From: an uncultured archaeon
GTDB taxonomy: Archaea; Nanobdellota; Nanobdellia; Woesearchaeales; CAIVOO01
Direction: 5' to 3'
Assembly (NCBI GenBank): GCA_963845175.1
Contig: CAWJRI010000013.1
Coordinates: 1 to 38,187, forward strand
DNA: 38,187 nt
Part shown: positions 15,445-27,900 of the stretch, piece after piece
How positions within the stretch are numbered: the stretch's first letter is position 1
How the letters are laid out: each line of letters starts with the position of its first letter
Made by a program: the position numbers and the translations under genes
Notes under the pieces: model-generated
What the model saw: only the letters and a program-made list of their open reading frames with translations
Told to the model about the DNA's origin: nothing
Database searches by the model: none

Positions 15445-18039
15445 ATGAGAAAAACCTTGATTTTATTAGTTTTGGCTTTATTACTTGTCAGCATAGGTGT
15501 TTCTGCAACTATTTCAGACGAAATTTCAAGCAGCGTTGCTGGCTTCGGAGGCAAGGTCTGGGATGTTCTGAAAGGTATTTACAATTTCTTCAGCAGCGGC
15601 ATGACTGGATTTGTTGCTTATACAGGCAAGACTAATGTGACGACAAATTATACACATTCTGAAGATCCGCTGACAAGTGACATGGTCGGCTACTGGAAAC
15701 TTAACGGAAATGCGAATGATGAGACTTCAAATCACAATGACGGAACAGTTTACGGAGCAACGCCTACAACTGACTGCGTTTTCGGGACTGGGAACTGCGC
15801 TTATAGTTTTGATGGGGCAAACAATCACATAACTGTGGCAGATAATAGTGCCCTGGACTTATCTACTAATTTCGCAATTGAGTTTTGGGTAAAAACGAGC
15901 TCAGGCGTCCAATCAGGCATCATAGATAGAACAGACGAAAACGGAACGCAGAATTTTTGGGGTTATGGCGTCTGGATGAATGCTGGAGGACATGTCTACT
16001 TTTATGATGATGTCGGTGGGTGGCAAACATCAGCAGGGACAATAAACAATGGCTCTTGGCATCATGTGGCAGTAACATTAGCAGGAGGAAGCGGGTGTGT
16101 ATATATTGATGGCAGGTGTGACACGGCAATTAATGGCAGTGCAAATTCAAATTCCCTGCCTTTGTTGATTGGCAGCGGAAGAGACGCAAGCAATAACCCC
16201 CTCTATTTCCTCAATGGAATAATAGATCAAGTAATCATCTACAACAGAAGCTTGACTGCGCAAGAAATCAACGAAAGTTATACAAGAGAGATAGCAACAG
16301 TAACAACAAACAAGACAACGAATCTGACAATCTGGGACACAACTGACAATTCACCTGCAATTGTAAATCAGAATGTCTATGTATATGCAAATTACACGGG
16401 AAATGGTCATCCAATAGATGATTCAGTTGGAAGCTGCACATTTAGCCTCACAAGTGCTGCAATGCATTACAATTCTGTTTCAAAGCTCTACTTTTACAAC
16501 GGCAGTTCCCATGTACCATTACATATAAACTACACAATCAACTGTTCTTCGGCAGATTACAATGCGCTGACGCTGTCCGACCAATTGAGTATTGTGAGTT
16601 CAAGGATAAACATCACGAATGTGCTTCCATATGCAAAAACAAAAAATTCAGTAAAAATCAACTGGACAACAAACATCCCTGGCAACTCCACAATAAAATA
16701 CGGAATCACAAAGGCGCTTGCCTCTCATGTCTCAAGCGCTTCAAAGGTTACAAAACATTCTATATCATTGTCTGGCTTGTCGAATGCGACCAGATACTAT
16801 TACAACGTAACCTCATATAATTCTTCAGTTAATTATGCTGTTTCTGGTCCTTACAATTTCACGACAAAAATAAACGATGTTGCACCAATAATTTCAGGTG
16901 TGGTCTCTCATGTGATAGATTCAGAATCTGCAAGAATGACTTGGAACAATTCAGAGCCTGCGAACAGCAGGATATCTTACTCAAAGAATTCTGTGAACTT
17001 TACTCTGAATCAGTCGGATACGAGCTACCGCAGCAACGGTTCGATTACAATTTCTGGGCTTGAAAACTACACAACTTATTACTACAAGATAAAGGCATGC
17101 GATGTTGACGGAGACTGCTCCACATCAAGCATATACAACTTCAGGACGCTGCAGACATCACAGGCGCCTTCTGCAGTTCATGTGCCAGGAACAGGTGAGG
17201 GGCTGCAGCTGCCGCAAATAACCTCTTTCACCCTTACAGAAACTCCTCATCAGTCAACGCTTACACCCGGAGGAAGGTTCATATTTGATATCGACGGAAA
17301 CAGACATGAAATGAAAATGCTTAACGTGCTTGTGGATCGCGTCACGGTGCTGTTCAGCTCCGAACAGCTGAATTTAACATTTAACAAAGGAGAAACAAAA
17401 AAGGTTGACCTTGATGGAGACGGGGTGAATGACATAGAAGTCACCATAAATGACATAATCCTAACAAAGATTATTTTTACAATAAACACAATCAAAGAAG
17501 CAGCAGCGCCTCAAGGAGAAACTGTTCCTGAAAAAACAAATGAAGAAGAAAAGAATGTAACAAAGGAAATGCCCACTGAGCTGGCTGGGACTGGAAAAGG
17601 TTCTTCAATAATTGAAAAGCTGAAATTGGCTTCACTAATATTTGCTGCATTAATTATTGCTGCAGTCATAGGCATAGGCGGTTATTACACTTATCAGAAA
17701 ACTGCCACAGTTGATGTCAGGGAAGCAGCAACTCCAGAGGAAATGGAAAAGATAAATCAGCTGCCAAAGCCCCAGCTGGAAGTGCTGATTGATGATGTCA
17801 AATCAATGCTAAGGGCAAAGGCAACAGAAGATGATGTGAGGGCCCGCCTCGAGGGTGCAAGGCTCTCAAAAAGCGTAATTGATGCGTTGCTCTATGAAAT
17901 AAAAACAGGATTCAGCAGGCTTGACAAGCTGGTACTTTACTTAAAGCTGCAGAAGGTCAGGGGAAAATCAGTGGATAAAATCAGGGGCAGGCTGGCAAGG
18001 GTTGAATGGTCTGAAGAAATACTGAAGCTGCTAGAATAA
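15445..18039 (+). CDS. Membrane-anchored surface glycoprotein: LamG + Ig-like + 2 FN3-like domains + TM + cytoplasmic helical domain
   Basis: Signal peptide; VGYWKLNGNAND...WHHVAVT...GIIDQVIIYNRSLTAQEI (LamG-like); WTTNIPGNSTIKYG...LSNATRYYY (FN3-like, twice); TM IFAALIIAAVIGIGGYY. Confidence 0.88.
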   Translation: MRKTLILLVLALLLVSIGVSATISDEISSSVAGFGGKVWDVLKGIYNFFSSGMTGFVAYTGKTNVTTNYTHSEDPLTSDMVGYWKLNGNANDETSNHNDGTVYGATPTTDCVFGTGNCAYSFDGANNHITVADNSALDLSTNFAIEFWVKTSSGVQSGIIDRTDENGTQNFWGYGVWMNAGGHVYFYDDVGGWQTSAGTINNGSWHHVAVTLAGGSGCVYIDGRCDTAINGSANSNSLPLLIGSGRDASNNPLYFLNGIIDQVIIYNRSLTAQEINESYTREIATVTTNKTTNLTIWDTTDNSPAIVNQNVYVYANYTGNGHPIDDSVGSCTFSLTSAAMHYNSVSKLYFYNGSSHVPLHINYTINCSSADYNALTLSDQLSIVSSRINITNVLPYAKTKNSVKINWTTNIPGNSTIKYGITKALASHVSSASKVTKHSISLSGLSNATRYYYNVTSYNSSVNYAVSGPYNFTTKINDVAPIISGVVSHVIDSESARMTWNNSEPANSRISYSKNSVNFTLNQSDTSYRSNGSITISGLENYTTYYYKIKACDVDGDCSTSSIYNFRTLQTSQAPSAVHVPGTGEGLQLPQITSFTLTETPHQSTLTPGGRFIFDIDGNRHEMKMLNVLVDRVTVLFSSEQLNLTFNKGETKKVDLDGDGVNDIEVTINDIILTKIIFTINTIKEAAAPQGETVPEKTNEEEKNVTKEMPTELAGTGKGSSIIEKLKLASLIFAALIIAAVIGIGGYYTYQKTATVDVREAATPEEMEKINQLPKPQLEVLIDDVKSMLRAKATEDDVRARLEGARLSKSVIDALLYEIKTGFSRLDKLVLYLKLQKVRGKSVDKIRGRLARVEWSEEILKLLE

Positions 18040-18080
18040 ATTTATAAATAAATGGTGTTTTTTAAACAAAAAGAGGCAAA

Positions 18081-18380
18081 ATGGTAAATAAGGAATTGGA
18101 AGAGCTTGAACTTGATGTTGAAAAATACAGAGTGAGGGTTGAGGAGAGGCGCTCTTTCCTTAGTTTTGAGAATGCATTTTTCGTTCCTTTGTTTGCAATA
18201 CTTGTGCTTCTTTCGCTGACGAAGACGAGGACAGACATAATCTATTACATGTTTCTGCTTGCGATTGCGCTGATAATCATTGATTTGGTTTATTCGGTTG
18301 TTCTTTACAGAAGAATGAATAACAAAAGCAAGCTGCTTGATGCAGTCATAAAAGCGAAGCTGAAAAAGCTGCATGGTTAG
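18081..18380 (+). CDS. Small two-TM membrane protein
   Basis: Two hydrophobic segments; GAGG upstream of the ATG. Confidence 0.75.
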   Translation: MVNKELEELELDVEKYRVRVEERRSFLSFENAFFVPLFAILVLLSLTKTRTDIIYYMFLLAIALIIIDLVYSVVLYRRMNNKSKLLDAVIKAKLKKLHG

Positions 18381-18399
18381 AATTCTGGGATAATAAAAA

Positions 18400-18474
18400 T
18401 ATGGGCCCGCGATAAAGATAATCCCGACTCGTGAACTCGTCTGGGATTATCAGACCGCGTGCTATGGGCCCGCG
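18400..18474. repeat. 12-bp direct repeat of the tRNA-Ile 3' end flanking a family A palindrome (18417-18451)
   Basis: tatgggcccgcg at 18400-18411 and 18463-18474; gataatcccgactcgtgaactcgtctgggattatc lies between them. Confidence 0.85.
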
Positions 18475-18538
18475 GAGATTTGAACTCCGGACCTCTACGT
18501 TATCAGCGTAGCGCTCTACCAGACTAAGCTACGGGCCC
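18465..18538 (-). tRNA. tRNA-Ile(GAU)
   Basis: GGGCCCGTAGCTTAGTCTGGTAGAGCGCTACG-CT-GAT-AA-CGTAGAGGTCCGGAGTTCAAATCTCCGCGGGCCCA. Confidence 0.96.
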
Positions 18539-18591
18539 CAATGCGTTAAAACTCATCTGCCTTCTTTATAAATATTTTGCAAAAATGCAAA

Positions 18592-18673
18592 AATAATCCC
18601 GACTCGCAAGCTCATCTGGGATTATTGAGCATTTAAAAAGGCAAAATTTCGACTCCATCGGAATTTTGCCTTT
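18592..18673. repeat. Family A palindrome (18592-18626) and family B hairpin (18637-18673) downstream of tRNA-Leu
   Basis: aataatcccgactcgcaagctcatctgggattatt; aaaggcaaaatttcgactccatcggaattttgccttt. Confidence 0.85.
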
Positions 18674-18679
18674 ATCAAA

Positions 18680-18765
18680 TGCGGGGGAAGGGATTTGAAC
18701 CCTCGGATCCACTAAGGAACAGGATCTTAAGTCCTGCGCGTTTGGCCAGGCTTCGCTACCCCCGC
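18680..18765 (-). tRNA. tRNA-Leu(UAA)
   Basis: GCGGGGG acceptor, CAGGA-CT-TAA-GA-TCCTG anticodon arm, long variable arm, TTCAAAT T-loop. Confidence 0.95.
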
Positions 18766-18920
18766 AAATTTACGCTGCCCGTAACTTGTTACGGACCAGT
18801 AAATCCGCAGATTTACACTGTCTGTAAAGCTATATTGCTGCAATATATTTTAAAAACCTTTTCATTTTAGAAAGGTTTTTAAATCAAAGATTGTTCTTAA
18901 TATATGAAAAGGTGTTTATA

Positions 18921-21900
18921 GTGGGTGGTAAGATTCCCAAGTTAGCTGGAATAGTGCTAGTGGTAGTTCTAATAGCTGTTTCTGTATTCTTTTTGTGCAA
19001 AAATGGGCCTGTTAAAAGCAGTTTGAAAATCAGCTATTCGCTTCCAAATTCCCAAAATAAGGTAACTGGATTCGCTGTTGAAAACGCCACAGGAGAGGTA
19101 AAAAATCTCGTGCTTGAGGATGGCGCGAAGATTGATTATGGAAGCCAGGCAATTGATTTGAGCGGTGTTGATTTGGAAAGCGCTGTCAAGATAACAAACA
19201 CATCTGTCTACGTTGATTCCAAATCTGCGCCTGAGCTGAACAAGCCTGCAAGGCTGACTTTCTACAATGTAACAATTTCAGACCCTGTTATTTTGGAAGA
19301 CGGGAAAAAATGCCCAAATAATGTTTGCTCCAATATTGTTTTTGAAAATGAAGTTTTGAGCTTTGATGTTGCGCATTTCACCAATTTCACATACAACGCA
19401 AACACCAATCTGACCATATGGGACGAAACAGACAGCGGAAGGCCTTACGAAGGCCAGCTGAAGTATGTCAATGATGTTGTCCTGTTCTTTGCAAACTACA
19501 CAAATGAAGCAGGAAATGCGTTGACTCCGACAGGTAATGCAGGCAAATGCAACATATCCTTTGCTGGCTCCGCAAACAATGCAATGGCATATGATGGTAC
19601 AAAACATGTTTACACATATTCAAAAAGCTTTTACCCGAAAGGCGACTGGAAATACAATGTCAGCTGTGTTGCAACAGGGCATACTCTGCTGAATGTGTCA
19701 GACAACGCAACAATTAAAAATAAAATAACATGCGACGCAAGGCCCGATGCAGACACCTGCACAATCATAAACTCGTACCCAATTCTCAAAGAAACAGTCA
19801 TAAATTCAGCTGACATCGGCGCCAAAAACCTAGTGATTGACAGCGGTGGGAAAATCTATTCCAGCCCAGGCAATATAAACCTTACAATCAACCTGACAGG
19901 AAATCTGACAATCAATAATGGAGGGTTGATTAATACTAGTGCGGCATATACTGGGAACGTACTTGACCCTGGTCATTCAGGCGATATAAAAATATTTGCC
20001 AATGTTATTAAAGTTTCTGGAAGCATTTTGAGCGAGGGCAGTTATGGATGGGGCGGACATTATTATCAGCAGTGTGGCCAGGATTATTACGCTTACCATG
20101 GTGGCTATGCCGGAAAAATAATATTAAATGCATCTGAAGTTTATATTTATGGTTCTGGTTCGTTGAGATCAATGGGAAATGATGCTCCATCATCCTCTAA
20201 TCCTTCATGGTATGATGCAGGCCATGGCAATGAAATTAACATAAATGCAACAAAAACATATATTTATGCCGGGGCTTTATTATCTACAGTAGGAGGAAAT
20301 AATGTTAACTATGACGGTTCTGGATGCGGGATGGCGGAAGGAGGTCTTGGAGGCAATATAAGGATAAATTCAAATTCTGTGAACATTGACAGCGCATCAA
20401 TTAATTTGAGCGGGGGTATCTCTCATTATGGCGCTCCTGGATATGGCGGCATCCTGAACATAACAGCCAACACAATTTTATACAAAGGATCTACCACTGC
20501 AACAGGCCAGTCGTCTTACTATGACGGACAAATCCATTTCAACTTCAATAATAACATGACAAGGCTTTCTGGCTACTCCTACAGCCCTGTTGCATGGATA
20601 GAAAATTCCAACCATTGCGCTTATTCAAGCGGAACTTTCTTTAATACAAGCCTGGTGGACAACACAAACTGGATAATAGACAATTACAATTGCCATCTTT
20701 CAGGCAGCCACACATTGAATAATATTGTAATGAAAAATAGCGGAAACGTCACTGGCTCAGGACTGAGCCTGAAAGTCAACAATAACTTTAATTCATCAAA
20801 TTCAGCGTACATAACAGGGCTGAATCTGCTGAACATAAGCAAGAACGCGACAATAATCTCAGGAACACTTGGTCTTGGTAACGCTGCAAATCTGCAGGTC
20901 GCCGATGTGCTGAAAGTCTCTTCAGGCGCAACTCTTCAGGGGTTCAAGAGCCTTGACCCGGACATGATAAATATCTCGGGAAATCTGGTTGTATCAGTCA
21001 ACAACGCAAACATCTCCGGAAAAAACCTAATTGTGGGAAGCACAGGGCAGATTTATTCAAGCCCCATTTCGTATTCATTCAAAATAAACGTGAGTGAAAA
21101 TTTAACTGTTAAGAGTGGCGGGAAAATCCACACATACAATTTAACCTGGGCAGTTGATATGCCTGTTAATACAGCACGCAGTGCTGGGAGTATGACAATT
21201 CTGGCAAAAAACATCAATATTAGCGGAGAAATTGATTCTCTGGGGCCCGGATTTACGAAATCAATTTCTGATGCTTCGCGTGACTACTGTGCCGACAATG
21301 TGTCTAAAGCAGGCAACATACAGATAAATGCCGCCAATAATATTTATTTAAATGGAATTATACAAGCCGTTGGATACAGCAGACTATCTGGGTGTTATTG
21401 GGTTTGCGGCGGCGGGGGCGGAAGCATCGGTCTGCATGCTAACAAAAATATAATTATTTATCCAAATTCGAAAATAAACTCAACCGGAGGCATTGGCACT
21501 CACACTGCATGTTATAGTTACGGGAACGCAGGCGGGGCAGGAGGGAATATCTCTTTAAGTGCAAAGAATATTTCTGCCAAATCGCTTCTTAAAATAAATG
21601 CGCGCGGCGGAGATGCCGCCGAAGGCTGGCCTATTGGAGGCAATGGAGGGTCTGTTAAAATCAATGCAACAGGCAGCATTCTAAATATCTCAACAGGAAT
21701 TATTGACACTAGAGCAGGAACGGTAGTCGGTACTCAAGGCTATTCTGGCAATGTATTCCTAATATCACCAAAAACAATTCTAAGTATAATAAACATAACA
21801 ACAACCGGATACAACTCTTCTTACGATGGAAATATCAAATTCACAAGATTGTGCGGCTGGAACAGGGGAACTTATGCTCCGTCTGCAAACTACAATATTA

Positions 21901-24900
21901 TAAATGGTTATGGGGATTCAGATCATGACGCGATTTATGATGACTCTTTAGTAACTGTGTGCGGCATCTACAAGGACAACTGCCCAAATAATTTCAACCC
22001 TGGACAAGAGGACTCCAATCACAACGGATTCGGCGATGTATGCGATGCCACAATTTATTACACAGTCCAGAATCAGAATACAAGCCAGGATTCAAACAAC
22101 CTGGTTGACATTGACAACCAGCCGACTGCAATATGGGCTCTTTACAAAACAGGAGTGGGCATGCCAATACCTGCAAATGTTTTCTTTAATTTCTACAGAG
22201 AGGGCATTTTAATAGCAGGGCTTTCATGTTTTGGAAATACAAACTGCACCTATAACACCACGCAATCCATTGGCACCCATAACATAACAATCGAAGCTAA
22301 CTCAACAATATACCCGTATACAAGTGTTTCTTTTAATTTCACTGTCACAAACATATTAGTTTCAAGGAAATTGAGCGGCGCAACCAATTATCTTTTCAAT
22401 GGATACAATACAACAAGGAACTTGATATTATCAATCTCAGGAAACATGTCATATATTCACAATAACAAAAGACTTGATCAGAACCAGCAATACGAACTGT
22501 GGATTGATGGCGTGAAGAATGCGTCTTCTGTAACAATGGCTAATGGAGTGTATCAGACTAATTTAAATGTTGGAAACATTCTTGGAAACCACATTGCAAA
22601 AATAAACATCTCGCAGGCAACGGGGCTTTACGGCGAAACATCTGTTCTTTACACTGTCTGGATGGGCACTGGCCTGACAAATTATCTTGTGCAGAAGCAG
22701 CCTGGGGCAACAGACAACCAGGTTGATATCGACGACAAGAATGTGAGCATAAACATTACCTACATTAATGATACATCAGGTCCAATCCCCGGAACAATAA
22801 ACATCACAGTAAACAATGTCCTGAAAAGCTGCCCTCCGGCAAAAAGCTGTGGACAATTATTCAGTCTCGGTACGGGAAAGAATATCCCTGCCTTGGGAAC
22901 TTACACTGTTTATTTCACTGCAAGAAACAATTCAGCTTATTACAGACCGCAAACTACAACTGCCGGACAGTATCAAATAAGAGTAAGGAACATAACAATA
23001 ACGGAAACTATAACGCCTGACCATGCCCAGCCAGGCCAGCTGATTACTGTGAGTGGAAGGGCGTTTTACGCTGATAATAATGAGAATGTAACAAACAAAT
23101 ATCTGTCAATATACGTCAACGGAACATTCAATAAATCAGTGCAAACAAATACTGTTGGTGTTTACACGCACACCTTCCATGCATATCCTGTGCAGGACGC
23201 GGGAATTTACAATGTCAGCGTCAATTACACCGACACGAATGGAATAGGCGGCAAGTCAGTAAAATTGTTCGGCATATTTACACCAACGAAAGTTTCAGTC
23301 ATCAACTGGACATACAACAAGACAACTGCTGTGTTCAACATAAGCGCGAATTACTCGAGAGCTGACACGAACCAGCCAATCAGCGGAAACTGGAATGTTA
23401 TCCTCAAAAATACAAAAATTCCCTCGATAAACGCGACAAAACAATGCTATGGCAAGAATATTTGCACACTCTCTTTCAAGCTCGGAACAGGAGCAGGGGT
23501 TGATTTAAGAGGAGGAAACACAACAATAATTGTCAGTGCCAAAAACGAATCAGCTTATTTCAATTCAAGCTCATACTCCTTCCTGAAGTACCTGGAGGAA
23601 AAAAATACTACTGTAAAATTATGGGTGCAGAGCCGTGTGGTAACTGACAAGGTTTCGGCGCCCTATTCGCTAAACATCACAGCTGTTCTGAACAACACAG
23701 GATTCGGAACAGCCTACAACCCGATAATTTATGTGACTTATTTTGATTCGGGATTTTCTTCGCCGAACAGCATCCTTCCCTGCACTGCAAATCTCACCCC
23801 TTCAGACCTCGGCGGGAACATCTGCAGGCTTAATTTCACAATCAACATTTCTGCAGCTACTGGCGAGGGCAATTATATTATTTATTGGAAAGCAAATTTC
23901 ACAAACAATGATAAAAGCACTAAACTGTCCTCTCCTGCGACAAAAAGCACAATAAATATCTCAGGGATCGCAACAGTTGCCCTGGAGACACCTTTCAAGA
24001 GAACTATAAGCCACAGGACAACAGCATATTTCGTTACAGAAATTAATAACACAGGAACAACAACAGCAAGGCACGTTAATGTAACATTCAGCAATCGCGG
24101 GCTGCCGCAAAGCTGGGTTAACTGGACATGGTATAATTTTGGTAGAAATCACGATTCCAACGGTCTGCTGGATTTGATATGCGACCAAATCACAATAAAT
24201 GGAGGAGGAACCTCATACTGCACTGCCGATGAATGGGGAAAGGCATACGAACCATTAAACATCACTGTCTCTGTGCCTGCCGGAACAAGCCCGGGAAATT
24301 ACATAGGAATATTGAATTTCAGCTACTGCTTCGGCCCTTCATGCTCGCAAAAACATTACAGGGAAATGCTCCTGAACATCAGCGTTCCCCTGGACAACAG
24401 CTGGTATCAATATCCAAAAATCTCGTACAAAACAGTCGGGCTGAACATACCTGGAACTATTGAGACAATTTTTGTAAACAATACAGGCAATGTCAACGAA
24501 AATTTCACAATAGCTTATGGAAAGAATTTAACTCAATCATATCCTAAGTTTGCCCCTGAGGACAATCCCTCCACAATTTTTGCGCCGAAGAATTCTTTGG
24601 TTAGTTTTTCATTGGTTCATGGCGCATTTACAACTGCAAAAAACTATGTTCTTGAAGTAAATATTACAAATGCCACTGCTAATCCTCAATTAAACACCAC
24701 GTTAATTTACTTGACAGTTGTTAACGTTCCTCCAAGCATTACCATCACAAAAGTAAGTGAAAATCCTGTTGATGTCAACAGGCAGATTAACATCACTGCA
24801 AATATAACAAATGACGACAACTCCCCGCAAAACACAGTCAAAGCCTGGGGTGTTTTCAACCATTCGTCGGGAATTTCTTATAAAACACCAGTACAATCAT

Positions 24901-27900
24901 TTACAGTTAGTCCGGGAAACTACATTACCAAAACATTCTCATATAGCCCTCAGCTCAACGGAACATACAAAGTCACTATCTTTGCCAACGACACCGGCAA
25001 CAGGATTGGAAACACATCAGTTTTCTTCAGCACCTGGGGCTACACAACATTAAACATCACAAGAAACATGTCAGCAGTAAAGATTTACAATGTGACGCAG
25101 GCTGATTCGAAAAAATTCAGCTTCAACCTCACAGTGAAAAACATCGGGCATGCAAGGGCATACATCACTAACCTGACTGCGTTTGTGCCGAGCGGCTGGC
25201 TGGCAACAATCACCAGAATCGGAACAATTGTTATAAATCAGATAAAATCAGCAGTCATAAACATAACTGTCCCTGCGACAACAAAGCCCGGCTTGTATTA
25301 TGTCTATCCAAAAGCAGTTTGGAGGCAGGCAAATGGAACAATTGTAGGCAATCTTGGCGAAAGCATCAATGTGAATGTGACATCTACGCAGCGCCTTTCA
25401 CTTGGCAACTACCTAAATTCAACCAGCGTAGACCACGGCACAACAAAGAAAACAAATTTCACACTGAATTCGATAGGCAACACAAACCTGACAGATGCCC
25501 ACATAACCTGTTCAGGAGTGGAATGCGGAACATTTGGCATCATTCTCAGCCCAAGCTACATCGCGAACATTGCAGGAGGGAATTATAAAAGAATAAACCT
25601 GACAATCAGCGTGCCAAGGGGTCAGGCATGGCTGGCTGGCGGATACTTTGTGACAATCGGCGCATCAAATGCGTATGATTCAAAGAGCTACTCGCTGAAC
25701 ATCATTGTTCCAAAAGATGAAACTTATGCGTCAAAAAGCAACATCACGATAAACACAGTCTCAAAATACAAAAGCGTCTATTATTACAGGATAAACAACA
25801 CAGGAAACGTAAATGAAAGCCTTGTGTTCAACCTGACAGGGGCGCAGGTGACTCCAATAATAAACCTGCTGAAAAATGGAACATTGATAACAGCCCAGCA
25901 GCACTATGACCTTGGCCTCAACTACACTGCACCAGACATATCAGGAACAAACGTTAGAAATGGCAACCTGACAATAAGGGGACCGGTAAATAAAATAATT
26001 CCAATAATATTCAACACCTACGGCGTTGTCTTGGGTGTGAAAAACATCTCAAAGACAAGCAACATTATTGCAGGCAACAAACTGGTTTTCAGGTTTAACA
26101 TAAGCCTGGCTGGCACGCCGCTGATGGCAAACGTTTCCTATAAAATCTATATTAGTGGAAACAAGGCAACAATAAATTACAAAAGAATCTCAAACAATGA
26201 CACAATACTAAATTTCACTGCGCCTGCTGCAAGGGACGGAAGGCGCAATAACCTGACGCTTGAAACCACCTACAACAGCAACATCGGCGTGCTCGTCTTC
26301 AACACGACACTGGTGAATGCCCTGCTTTACAGGGATGTGACGCCTCCTTCAGTAATCGACGAATACTCGCCTTCGGTTGAGCTGGGGAATAACATAACAA
26401 TGGAGATTAATACCACAGACAACATCAACATCAGCAGGGCAATTGCAGTTGTAAATGGAATTACGTATGCGCTGGCAACAACAAATGGTTACACATACAA
26501 ATATACATTCGCAACGCCTGCAAAGGGGGATTATGACATAACATACAAAATCAATGACACGACAAACAACCTGAGGACATATTCCGAATACTTTGAGGTG
26601 TTTGAATACAAGCACCTGTACGGTGTTGTTAATGACTACAAGAATGTCAGCACCATTTTCAAATTCTACAGGCCAAACAGCACGCAGTTGCTTTACAATT
26701 ATACAACAAACCATATTTACAACCTGACTGTGCACAAGAGGAATTATGACATAATTATAGCATTCACAAACTCAACCCTCACTCTAAGAGGAGTTAACGC
26801 AACAATTCTGCCTGATGATTTCCTCAAAATGGGAAAAGTTCCGTCAACAATAAGGGTTACGCCTAGCGTAAAGACGCTTAATGGAATAGGGGGCAGCATA
26901 AATCTTTCAAACATAAACGGGCTTTTGATGTTTGAATTCAACCCAAATGATATAGCTGACCTGAACAGACTGGGCATATGGAAATGCAGCAGCTGGAACA
27001 TGGCAAGCGAAAGCTGTTCAAGCAGCTGGACAAAAATCACCAGCACTGTGATAAACAATCATATATATGCAATTCTTACGTCGCTTTCCGCCTATATTTT
27101 CGGCCAGGATAACAGTGTGGCAGCAACCACCGTAACAAATGTAGGTGGCGGGGGCGGAGGAGGGGGTCCATCAATATCGCAAATCGCACAGCTTGTGAAT
27201 GAAAGCAAGCAAATACTTCAAGAGATTAAAAAACAAGCTATCAGGGGGTTGTCGGTAGACACCACAGATGTGTCTGTTGAGCTTTATCCAGGAGAAAGTG
27301 CATCAACAATAATAAAATTGGTAAATACGAGAAATGAAACAGTCACAGCACATATAAAAGTTTCGGGTGATGCTGCAAATTATACGACCGTATCGCCGGA
27401 AAGTGTTGTACTGGCAAAAGGTGAGGAAGCCGGATTTGACGTTGAAATAAATATCCCAAAAACAGAACTAGAATCAGGAATGAAATACGGAAGAATCATA
27501 CTTTCAGCCGGCGAAGAGGAAACAGACATTCCAGTTAAAATAAGGCTTCTTGCACCTGTGGGAATGGAGCCGAAGATTACCGTAGAACCGCTTTCAACAA
27601 ATGTTGTGCCTGGGGAAAACCTGAAAGTCCAGTTTGAAATTACTCATCCGATTGAAATTCCAAGATTATATAATGTAAGCCTTGAGCTGGTAAACACGCA
27701 GTTTGGTGCAGTAATCTCTGAAATTTCACAAAAATATGCAATCGGCAAGACAACGGTTGATTCGCTTACATTAAATGTTCCTCAAAACGCTGCACTTGGG
27801 GAATATTATGTAAAGGGAACGCTGTATTACAATGAAAGCGGCGTAATAAAAAGTGTAACAGATGCAAAACCAGTAAGTATTGTCAAGCCGCTGACAGAAA

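Noticed and set aside
8216-18572. Leaderless tRNAs implying loss of RNase P
   Set aside because: TATA-to-tRNA spacing is 26-28 nt versus 23-24 nt for leaderless mRNAs, so 3-5 nt leaders are predicted.
19800-27200. Diversity-generating retroelement target in the giant gene
   Set aside because: I saw no reverse transcriptase and no near-identical TR/VR pair; the internal repeats are old and visible mainly at protein level.
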